A stretch of 19,797 nucleotides of DNA, taken from assembly GCF_006345805.1 (NCBI RefSeq), contig NW_021824206.1, positions 1 through 19,797 of the forward strand, in the 5' to 3' direction. The position numbers were made by a program, and so were the translations under genes. Source of the DNA: Octopus sinensis. Taxonomy: Eukaryota. Of this stretch, positions 1 through 10,135 are shown piece after piece (within the stretch, counting starts at the first letter, position 1; each line of letters starts with the position of its first letter). The notes under the pieces were generated by a model that worked only from the letters and a program-made list of their open reading frames with translations, had not been told where the DNA came from and did not search any database.

Positions 1-319
1 ACTCACCGGACAACCAACCAACGAGGCAACCGCAAACCAGCCAACCGACCCACCGACCAACCAACCAACACTTCTGTTGGCTGTTATTTTTACATAAAAG
101 TCACTGAATAAAAGATGGGTTGGTCACGACGTGGTACTTTATCTTTCCCGCTTTCCTGGCTTTAAGTGTATCACAAAAGGCCTGGTTCCAAGTTCTTTTA
201 CAGGTCTGCAATAAATGTGCGAATCTGAGAAGGGAATATGTCGAATAAAATCATAATCAACTGATTCTCCTGCATTTTCTTTTACCCAAAGCCAGGACCT
301 TTTCAGCACTCCTCATGAA

Positions 320-345
320 AACACACACACACACACACAGACACA

Positions 346-395
<50 letters not shown>

Positions 396-435
396 GCACA
401 CACACACACACACCTACGTACACACACGTACACAT
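320..435. repeat. (CA)n microsatellite
   Basis: Directly visible, with a few interruptions. Confidence 0.95.
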
Positions 436-990
436 GATTACTCCATCGTTACAGACGATTGCCGCTTCCGTATATCTACATATCCACCCAGTTAATTCAC
501 CGTGTGACTACCATTTTGAATTACGTAACCACGATCCAATCTTGTAATAGGTAGTAGATTTAATTAAACGTGTCCAGAACTCAAAGAATCACGTTAATAT
601 AATACAACCACATGAGATACTTTAATCATCAATTCTAGATTTGACTGGCAGCACGATTTCTACGAAGAAAATGTGTCCTAGACTCTGCCACTGACATGTT
701 CAAAGATAAAAACCGTACAAATTCCACGTAATATTTAATCGGCAAACACTAAAAGAAAGCGCTTATTTTTAATTATGATTCACTACGCTCCAAAATAATT
801 CACTCTTAAAGGAAACTTATGCTCTACGATATCACGTTGTTAGTAAGCTATCCATACCACACACACAAAATTGCCCCAAAAAACAAAGGAACACCAACGA
901 AACAAAGGAACACCAAAGCGAAACTAGTAAACACGACCAGTTATTCGACATCTTTCCCACAGCAGAGTGAAGAAATGTATGTATAAACTT

Positions 991-1375
991 ATGGAAGCAT
1001 TCCGTCGGTTACGACGATGAGTGTTCCGGTTGATCCGAATCAACGGAACAGCCTGCTCGTAAAATTAACGTGTAAGTGGCTGAGCACTCCACAGACACGT
1101 GTAACCTTAACGTAGTCCTCGGGGATATTCAGCGTGACACAGAGAGTGACAAGGCCGGCCCTTTGAAATACAGGTACAACAGAAACAGGAAATAAGAGTG
1201 AGAGAGAGTTGTGGTGAAAGAGTACAGCAGGGATCACCACCACCCCCTGCCGGAGCCTCGTGGAGCTTTAGGTGTTTCCGCTCAATAAACACTCACAACG
1301 CCCGGTCTGGGAATCGAAACCGCGATCCTATGACCGCGAGTCCGCTGCCCTAACCACTGAGTCATTGCGCCTCCA
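991..1375 (-). mobile_element. tRNA-derived SINE (head type A + tail type X), apparently full length
   Basis: Minus strand begins TGGAGGCGCAATGACTCAGTGGTTAGGG. A box at 1364-1354 and B box GTTTCGATTCC at 1320-1310. The head and central part recur at ~18406-18551, and the tail recurs at ~1401-1590. Confidence 0.9.
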
Positions 1376-1400
1376 TAAACATATACATTGAGCTAGAACG

Positions 1401-1735
1401 GGCAGCCCGTCGGTTAGGATGACGAGGGTACCAGTTGATCCGATCCGATCAACAGAACAACTTGCTCGTGAACTTAATGTACAAGTAGCTGAGCACTACA
1501 CTAACTCACGTACCCATAACGTAATTCTCAGGGAAGTTCAACGTAGACCAGAATGCGGTAAGGGTAGTCGTTTGAATTACAGGTACAGACCATTATTTTT
1601 TTTGCTTTTGCTACCTGGGTGGGTTGGAGCAACGTGAAATAAAGTGTCTGGCTGAACGATACAATGCGCCGCCAGGCAAGAAACTTATGACTTTACGATC
1701 GCCAGCCGAATACCTTAATCACTTAATCACGTGAC
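1401..1735 (-). mobile_element. Diverged tRNA-derived SINE (head type B with Meta-domain-like core + tail type X)
   Basis: 1401-1590 aligns by eye to the tail of the SINE at 991-1180. The minus-strand core TTGTATCGTTCAGCCAGACACTTTATTTCACGTTGCTCCAACCCACCCAGG resembles the MetaSINE domain (recalled). Degenerate tRNA-like head at ~1670-1735. Confidence 0.75.
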
Positions 1736-1747
1736 TACACACAATAA

Positions 1748-2001
1748 CATACATACACACACACATACATACATGCATACATACATACATACATACATAC
1801 ATACATACATACATACATACATGCATGCATGCATACATACATGCATGCATGCATCCATCCATACATACATACATGCATGCATGCATACATACATACATAC
1901 ATACATACATACATGCATGCATGCATGCATACATGCATACATACATACATACATACATACATACATACATACATACATACATACATACATACATACATAC
2001 A
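1748..2001. repeat. (CATA)n/(CATG)n compound microsatellite
   Basis: Directly visible; source of the MYVC/HTYI ORFs. Confidence 0.95.
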
Positions 2002-2199
2002 TAGTTAATCCGAACATGAAAACACAAAGAGAAAACAACAACGCGACGACGTGGAACAAGTATAGTATTATTGGGTGCTAAGGAAAGAAGGAGGGTTCAA
2101 CGTTTCGAGCAGAGCTCTTCGTCACAAACATAAGAAAAGGAAAGATCCAAAGAAGGGAAGACGGAGGGGAAAAAATCGCCAACGGTACACACGCGGTCA
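2002..2199 (-). mobile_element. Short hammerhead-bearing dispersed element, copy 1 (probable Penelope-like pLTR or non-autonomous derivative)
   Basis: Co-linear and highly similar to 17774-17979, with the same two ends (TAGTTAATCC...ACACGCGGTCA). Flanked by CATA/TA repeats. Confidence 0.8.
2095..2129 (-). ncRNA. Minimal hammerhead ribozyme motif with C3>G core mutation (probably inactive)
   Basis: Minus strand reads GUUU GUGACGA A GAGC UCU GCUC GAAA CG UU GAAC. Confidence 0.6.
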
Positions 2200-2211
2200 C
2201 ATTTTGAATAT

Positions 2212-2608
2212 AATATATATATATATAAAAGAGAGGTTGTGTGCTGTCTGTCTCCTACGATTTAGATTCCTAACTACTCCCACATTTTGCAGTGCAGTTT
2301 AACCAAAACCGGGTATCTTATAGTCGTGATTCATATCGAGCCCATCTGGGTATTAGCGCGCGTCTACGATGAGTCTACAATTTAAAAAAAAAATTACCAT
2401 CAATTTTCCCCATTTTAATGCATTTTTGGCATATATAAGGGAAGTAACTCTCTAAAAATTTATTATTAAACCTCAGAACGTAAAAAGCTACAGTAACACC
2501 CCCTTTGTGGTTAGCCATATTGAGATGGCTATTATACTTTACATCTCTAAAAATGCTTATATAGTTATTTCCCTTACAAACCCGAGCAACGCCGGGCGAT
2601 ACCGCTAG
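2212..2608 (+). mobile_element. Non-autonomous Helitron-like element
   Basis: 3' end has a GC-rich hairpin CCCGAGC-AAC-GCCGGG (2581-2596), then CTAG (2605-2608) followed by T. The 5' end merges into TATATATAAAA, so the 5' TC is not visible and the start is approximate. No TSD. Confidence 0.75.
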
Positions 2609-2921
2609 TATATATATATAATAATTTATATAAACAAGGATAAGATAGTTAATTTAAAATAAAATAACGATTTTATCAAGTTGGCCAGCATGGAAAAAAT
2701 AACCTTCAAAGGTAATAATTATTAAAATTATAAATTTGGGTATCTACGGGAAATCCGGGATCAAGAATTATCCAATAATCTTTTACTAGCTTCATCTTGT
2801 CTCTTTGTTTTCTCCCCGTGTTTGCGATATGGACAATTAAGGTGGTTTTAGAGTCAGGTCATGGCTGTTATTTTCAGCATGGTGGTATCTCGTAGATACC
2901 CTAATTTATAATTATATATAT

Positions 2922-3296
2922 ACTCTTTACTCTTTTACTTGTTTCAGTCATTTGACTGCGGCCATGCTGGAGCACCGCCTTTTTTGATAGAGCAACTCGA
3001 CCCCGGGACTTATTCTTTTGTAAGCCCAGTACTTATTCTATCGGTCGCTTTTGCCGAACCGTTAAGTAACGGGGACATAAACACACTAGCATCGGTTGTC
3101 AAGCAATGCTAGGGGGACAAACACAGACACACAAACACACGCACGCATATATATATATACATATATACGACGGGCTTCTTTCAGTTTCCGTCTACCAAAT
3201 CCAATCACAAGGCTTTGGTCGGCCCGAGGCTATAGTAGAAGACAATTGCCCAAGGTGCCATGTGGTTGGTAAACAAGCTACTTACCACACAGCCAC
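2922..3296 (-). mobile_element. tRNA-derived SINE with CORE-like segment and internal CA/TA tract; B box missing
   Basis: Minus strand starts GTGGCTGTGTGGTAAG (A box), then GGCACCTTGGGCAA (CORE-like). It ends in a GTAAAAGAGTAAAGAG tail. Related decayed pieces lie at 5762-5900 and 12552-12760. Confidence 0.8.
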
Positions 3297-3360
3297 ATAT
3301 GTGTGTGTGTGTGTGTGCATAAGCATACATGTGTATATCACTATCTATCTATCACTCTAT

Positions 3361-3394
<34 letters not shown>

Positions 3395-3768
3395 ACACAA
3401 ACACACACACACACGCACACACATGTATACATGTATACATGTATCATGCATTTTATTATTCTGTTTCTTCTTTCACTTTGGTTCTGACTCTATTTCTCTC
3501 TCTCTCTCTCTCTTTATTCCAACGTATCTATTCTCTCCCTTGATATGAACAAACACAGCTTATACTTTATTTTCCTTTCTTCTTCTTTCCTTCTTTCTTT
3601 CTTTCTTTCTTTCTTTCCATCCTTTAATATAGTTCTCCATATTTCATCTATCCCATCTATTTGCCGTTTCTATTAGCTAACGCCATCTATATTTTTCACC
3701 AACCTCTCTTAACTTTATCATCATTACGGTTTCTACACTAGTAGAACGGAAGCTGTGGATAGCAATGG

Positions 3769-4170
3769 ATTATTATTATTATTATATAATATTATTATTA
3801 TTATATTATTATATTATATTATTATTATATATTATTATTATCATTATTATTATTATTATTATCATTATCATCATATCATTCATCATATCATCATCATCAT
3901 CATTGAGACAGCACCACCACCACCACCACCACCACCACCACCACCACCACCACCACCACCACCACCACCACCACCCCACCCCACCACCCATCCCCGCCGC
4001 CGTCGCTGTCGTCGTCATCATGATTATTATTGCTATCATTGTCATTATTGTTATTATCATTAATAGCATTTTCATCATTATTAGCAATGTTATTACTATT
4101 ATTGCTATTATTAATGTTATTATTATTATTATTGTTGTTGTGGTTGTTGTAATCATTACCATTATCAATA
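3769..4170. repeat. Compound trinucleotide tract (ATT/ATC/ACC/GCC/GTC/ATT/GTT)
   Basis: Directly visible; pure (CCA)n at ~3913-3974. Confidence 0.95.
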
Positions 4171-4419
4171 TTCTTATTCGAAAATAGAAAGAAAGAACGC
4201 TGAAAAAAGATGAAAAAGTAAACGCTAAGTAAGGAATACAAAATTCCCAAAGAAATCGAAACGACAAAATAAGCATAAGCACCAACAAAAATATAATAGA
4301 AATTAAAAAAGAAAAAAAAAACAATGGTTAGAGAAAACGGGGGTGAGTGGTGCAGCTGGTAGTGGCGGGGGGTGGGAGGTAGGCTCGGTTTGGTTTTGAT
4401 TCGGTTTGCTTCGGTTTGG

Positions 4420-4560
4420 TTCTGGTGAATTTATGTCAGGTCAATAAACTGTGGTTTGTTAGCCAGCCATGATTAATTACCTCCCCTTGGCAGAGGTCAT
4501 CTCGGTCGGCAGCCATTACCTTGTAAACTGATTGACAGGTAATTTCCAGTAACAAAACGA
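4420..4560. promoter_or_regulatory. Candidate enhancer with Hox/TALE motif cluster
   Basis: Unique island containing TGATTGACAG (4529-4538), TGATTAAT (4470-4477), TTTATG (4430-4435), CAATAAA (4442-4448), AGGTCA twice (4438, 4494) and GTAAAC (4523). Motif evidence only. Confidence 0.35.
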
Positions 4561-4876
4561 CCCTGCTTCTCAATTGCTCGCTTTTCTCCCGCCCCTCCCC
4601 CCCATCCTCCACCACCGTTGTTCCATCGCTCTCTTCTGTCTCCTCTGGCCATCCCCCCATCTTTTTCTTCGTCATTTTTCCTTCTTCCTCTTTTACTCTC
4701 CATCGAACGACTCTCCCTCCGTATCTCCAACCCACGCCTTGATATTCCTAATTCACTCTCCCTTATATTCTTTCTGTTTTTTCTCTGTCATTCATTTCTG
4801 CAAACATTAACGCCGACGTCTACCGGATCATCACCTCTCTCTTGCCTCCGCCGTACTTACTCATTATCAATCTACA

Positions 4877-5150
<274 letters not shown>

Positions 5151-5761
5151 CTAATCTAACTTTCTGTCGCCTTGCTCTCTCTCACACATACTTCCTCTTT
5201 CTTTCTCTCCTATATTTCCTTTTCTTATACACAACCTCTCTCATTTACATCTATCCCCTCCCCTTCACTATCTGATTCTCTCTCTCTCTCTCACTCTGCT
5301 AGTCTCTTATTTTAATTATTGCCCTCTTTTTCTATTTTTCTCTCCTAACTTTCTTCCATCACTCTTCATATTTTAAACATTACCTCCTATTCTCACAAAC
5401 ACATTTCTTCTTTCTTATTCTCTCTCTGTTCTATCCCCACCTCACTCACTCTCTCTATCTTTATAGCTCTTCACAAATGTTACTTCCCACCATTTCTCTA
5501 TCAGCCTATTCCTTTTTCCCCACTCTCCTCCGCTCTTTCTCTAAAACATTTCTACATCTATATTCATCTGGTCGTCTCCCCTTCTTTTGTTTCCTTCCTC
5601 AAGCACTCTCTTGTGCACTGCCCTTGTTTCCTCACTGTTCGTATTTATAATAAAATAATTCTCTCTCTATATTTTTCGCACACACTCTCTCCTATTCTTC
5701 GATTTCCTTTCATTTCTATTACATATCCTCTCTTTCTTACCTCACCCATACTCTCTTCTAT

Positions 5762-5943
5762 GTTTCGTTTCTTTTAGTCATTAGACTGCACTCATACTGG
5801 ATGACCTTGAAGAAATTTAGTCGAATGAATGCAACCAAGTCCTTCCTCTTTTCTTTCATGTTCCTTTAAGCCTGGTACTTATTCTATCAGCCTCTTTTGC
5901 TCGTCCATCTTTACGTTCTCAAGTTCAAATTCCACCAAGGTCA
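5762..5943. mobile_element. Decayed SINE fragments
   Basis: 5762-5900 resembles 2938-3055 (AGTCATT.GACTGC; GTACTTATTCTATC). 5911-5943 resembles the B-box region at 6110-6140. Confidence 0.6.
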
Positions 5944-6046
5944 TGTTTGTGTCATGTGCTGTGTGTGTGTGTGTGTGTGTGTGTACATATTTTAGATACG
6001 TATAAGTATGTGTGCGCATATTTATACAAGGCGGTATCAAGTTCCA

Positions 6047-6278
6047 GGCGGCGTGCTGGCAGAATCGTTAGCATGCCAGGTGAAATGCATAGCCGTATTT
6101 TGTCTGCCGTTACATTCTGAGTTCAAATTCCGCCGAGGTCGACTTTGCCTTTCATCCTTTCGGGGTCGATTAAAATAAGTACCAGTTACGCACTGGGGTC
6201 GATGTAATCGACTTAATCCGTTTGTCTGTCTTTGTTTGATCCCTCTGTGTGTAGCCCCTTGTGGGTAGTAAAGAAATA
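6047..6278 (+). mobile_element. tRNA-derived SINE with Nin/Deu-like domain, inserted in the mariner left TIR
   Basis: B box GTTCAAATTCC at 6121-6131. GCCTTTCATCCTTTCGGGGTCGAT..AATAAGTACCAG resembles the Nin domain. Perfect TSD GGTATCAAGTTCCA at 6033-6046 and 6279-6292. A second copy is at 12321-12551. Confidence 0.92.
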
Positions 6279-6443
6279 GGTATCAAGTTCCAGGACTAGT
6301 TCTGTAGCACACCAACAGAGGGCAGCACATGGTTACGTGAGCAGTGAGTGGTAGCAGTGACCTTCATATGTGTGCCGAGTGACATCAATTGTGAATTTTT
6401 TGTTTCTGTGATCATGTACCTGGTGTAGTCTCCGATTTTTGTC

Positions 6444-7240
6444 ATGGACAGGAATTTGGAATAAAGAGCCAACGTGAAACTTTGCGTTAAACTTGGGAAG
6501 TCTGCTACAGAGACATTGAGCATACTTCGGCAAGCTTACGGCGACGAGGCAATGGGTTGTACTCAGTGTTTCGGGTGGCACCGGCGCTTCAAAAGGCACG
6601 ACAAAACCACAGCACAATCAAGAGCATGCTCATCGTTTTTAGCGACATCCGCGGTATTGTGCATCGAGAGTTCGTCCCCCAGGGCCAGATTGCCAATCGA
6701 GAGTTCTACTGCGACGTCTGAAGCGGGGGATATTCGGCAAAAGCAACCAGATCAGTGGAGCGCGAAGAACCACAATCAAGAGCATGCTCATCGTTTTTAG
6801 CGACATCCGCGGTATTGTGCATCGAGAGTTCGTCCCCCAGGGCCAGATTGCCAATCGAGAGTTCTACTGAAACGTTCTGTAGCGGGGGATATTCGGCAAA
6901 AGCAACCAGATCAGTGGAGCGCGAAGAACTGCATTCTTCACGACGACAATGCACCGTGTCACCGAGCACTCCCCACTGGAGTTTCTCGCCAAACGCAATA
7001 TGGTATCACCTCCGTACCTGTTCTATTCGCCGGATTTAGTACAATTGGGCTTTAATCTCTTCCCTGAGATTAAAATGCTGCTCAAACGTTGCTGTTGTAA
7101 CACCGTTGTCGAGATCCAGAACGAATGGCGGAAAATCCTCGACTTGCTTACAGAAAACGACTTCCAGGCTGGGTTCAAAATGTGGCAGGAACGCTGAGGC
7201 CGGTGTGTTGCTGCGCAAGGTGACTATTGAGAAGATGATG
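6444..7240 (+). pseudogene. Mariner transposase pseudogene
   Basis: Translates as MDRNLE*RANVKLCVKLGKSATETLSILRQAYGDEAMGCTQCFGWHRRFK (N-terminal HTH), KSMLIVFSDIRGIVHREFVPQGQ, ILHDDNAPCH and YSPDLVQLGF (third Asp lost). It has stops and frameshifts, and the first catalytic Asp region is deleted. Confidence 0.92.
6613..6929 (+). repeat. Internal tandem duplication in the mariner (158 + 159 bp)
   Basis: CACAATCAAGAGC...GCGAAGAAC occurs at 6613-6770 and 6771-6929. Differences are confined to one short patch. Confidence 0.95.
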
Positions 7241-7415
7241 TTAAAACGGAGGTAAATAAGTTATCTTTATTAAACATAACTAGTCCATGAGCATTTGATA
7301 CCACCTCGCATATATACACAGACATGCAGGAAGTAAATAGACACCTTTAATTTTCAAAATCTTTCATTTAATACGCGAATAATTGAAATGTAATCGATAG
7401 GTAGGATTACATATT

Positions 7416-7622
7416 TTAGTATTTAGTTGACATTCCTTTTGTAGATTTTAATTCAGAAACTCTTTTTGGCATTGAACTGATGAGCTTTGTGATTGTCTCT
7501 TGTGGAATTTCTGCCCAAATTTCACGCAACAATCAAAACAATTCATCTTTAGATTTGGGTTTCTGTCGAGTTTTTCGTATAGCTCTCTCTTGTATGTTAC
7601 AAAGATTTTCAATTGGGTTCAT
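7416..7622 (-). pseudogene. Tc1-like (DD34E) transposase C-terminal remnant
   Basis: Manual translation gives MNPIENLCNIQERAIRKTRQKPKSKDELF*LLREIWAEIPQETITKLISSMPKRVSELKSTKGMSTKY*. NPIENL, SMP.R and G..TKY are Tc1 hallmarks. A possible TIR lies at ~7319-7345. Confidence 0.85.
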
Positions 7623-7800
7623 CTTTTACTTTTACTCGGCAAGCACGCTTATTTGTAAGAAGCTACTGTTAGTCTGTGTGTGTGTGTGTGTTTACGAACG
7701 CCATTTGCAAGATATTTGATGGGAGGAACTGGCAAAAAGCTAGAAACTTCGGATAACAGATTATGTGCACCCGTTGATGCTTGTTTATTTATGCTTGCAG

Positions 7801-7801
<1 letters not shown>

Positions 7802-7895
<94 letters not shown>
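7802..7895. repeat. (TCTA)n microsatellite
   Basis: Directly visible. Confidence 0.95.
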
Positions 7896-7896
<1 letters not shown>

Positions 7897-8279
7897 TTAT
7901 CTACCCCCTCTCTCCCGCTCTCTCTCTCTCTATCTATTTATCTACCCCCCCTCTCTCTCTATCATTATATGTACCTACGTACCGATCTGTCTCTGTATCT
8001 TCCAGTTTTCCCCATTCTCAAACTCTCTTTCCGCCTGTATACCCACGCATACGGGAATGTACGTTAAGCGCACAAGCACACACAAAGACGGACAAACACA
8101 CACAAACACATAAACACGCGCGCACATACACACATATTCACAGACACATTCATATATGTATATGAAATAATTATACACAGATATACGTGCATATATATAC
8201 ACACACATATACACATATAGGAACAAATATATATATTTGCAGGTGCATATAAGGTTATGCGCTTGGCCTGTGTATGCGA

Positions 8280-8735
8280 TTATACATACATACATACATA
8301 CATACATACATACATAGATACATACATGTATGCATACATATATATATATATATATATACATACACACATATATATTTATATACATACATACATATATATA
8401 TATACATACATATATAAATATATACATACATATATATACATATATATATATACACATATATATATATATGTATATATATACATATATATATATATATAGT
8501 TATAATGTTTGTATAAATGTATACATACAAACATACACACACATGCATACATACATATATACATACAAACATGCATACATACGTGCATACTCACATAAAT
8601 ATATACGCACATACATACATATAAACATACATACATACACATATACATACATATATATATATATACATACATACATATACATACATACATAATACATATA
8701 TATATATATATATATATATACATACATACATACAT
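8280..8735. repeat. TA/CATA low-complexity tract
   Basis: Directly visible. Confidence 0.9.
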
Positions 8736-9751
8736 AAAACCGTACAATTTTTTTTACATATTTGGGTGTGCAATGCCTTCTGCTTGTGTTCGTGAATTTC
8801 GCTTTGCAATGGAGGAAATTAGATTTGCCTTCACCTAGGTGTCGTGTATCTTTTAGGGAATCAAGCACTCAACCAATTTTCACACTCGCACCCTCTATGC
8901 ACTTCTTTAGACTGATACCCAGGCCTACTACTCGCCAATGTCATTGAATACGAAACCGCAAAATCATACTCTCATACAGGCAGACACACAGAGACAGACG
9001 CATAGAGACACATACGGGTAAAGCGCATATATACAGATACGGGTATTCACGTATACGGAGACTCATACACCTGATGCCTTATATGTATTCTAATAAAATA
9101 TGCATGTATATACGAGCATGCAAAACGAAATATGCAGATGCGTAGTCGAAATATATTCAGCCATATATAAATATATAACTACATGCATTATATACACATA
9201 CAATATGCAAGTACATATACATACATACATAATACATATATATATATATATATATTACATACATACATACATAAAACCGTACAATTTTTTTTACATATTT
9301 GGGTGTGCAATGCCTTCTGCTTGTGTTCGTGAATTTCGCTTTGCAATGGAGGAAATTAGATTTGCCTTCACCTAGGTGTCGTGTATCTTTTAGGGAATCA
9401 AGCACTCAACCAATTTTCACACTCGCACCCTCTATGCACTTCTTTAGACTGATACCCAGGCCTACTACTCGCCAATGTCATTGAATACGAAACCGCAAAA
9501 TCATACTCTCATACAGGCAGACACACAGAGACAGACGCATAGAGACACATACGGGTACAGCGCATATATACAGATACGGGTATTCACGTATACGGAGACT
9601 CATACACCTGATGCCTTATATGTATTCTAATAAAATATGCATGTATATACGAGCATGCAAAACGAAATATGCAGATGCGTAGTCGAAATATATTCAGCCA
9701 TATATAAATATATAACTACATGCATTATATACACATACAATATGCAAGTAC

Positions 9752-9760
<9 letters not shown>
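8674..9760 (+). repeat. Near-identical tandem duplication, period 537 bp
   Basis: AAAACCGTAC at 8736 and 9273; CAATATGCAAG at 9201 and 9738; identical ORF translations at 8762 and 9299. Confidence 0.95.
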
Positions 9761-9812
<52 letters not shown>

Positions 9813-9904
9813 AATATATACATATATATATATATATAGATATATATATGTATATGTATGTATATATATGTATATGTATATATATGTATATATATATATA
9901 ATAT

Positions 9905-9937
<33 letters not shown>

Positions 9938-9998
9938 GTACATACTGGGGCACCTGTATATGTACGCATGCACATATATACATACATACATACATACA

Positions 9999-10034
<36 letters not shown>

Positions 10035-10088
10035 TACATATTATATACATATATATATATAATATACATATATATATATATATATATA

Positions 10089-10127
<39 letters not shown>

Positions 10128-10135
10128 CGTGTGTG
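9750..10135. repeat. TA/CATA/GT microsatellite block
   Basis: Directly visible. Confidence 0.9.

Larger units (their letters stand above)
6027..7308 (+). mobile_element. Decayed mariner (DD34D-type) DNA transposon
   Basis: Left TIR TA|CAAGGCGGTATCAAGTTCCAGGACTAGTT (after removing the SINE) matches the reverse complement of the right end, CGAGGTGGTATCAAATGCTCATGGACTAGTT. A transposase remnant lies inside. Confidence 0.92.

Noticed and set aside
881-916. AAACAAAGGAACACCAA direct repeat, period 19
   Set aside because: Only two units with no spacers; a simple slippage duplication, not CRISPR-like.
1300-1375. tRNA gene
   Set aside because: It has A and B boxes but no proper acceptor stem or terminator, and it continues into a SINE body repeated elsewhere in the window.
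7477-7484. CTGATGA core, also at ~11934 and ~12104
   Set aside because: These lie within Tc1 and RTE coding remnants and have no downstream stem II-GAAA.
8762-8947. 61-aa ORF duplicated at 9299-9484 as a small gene
   Set aside because: Non-ATG start and no recognisable motif; the identity is explained by the tandem duplication.
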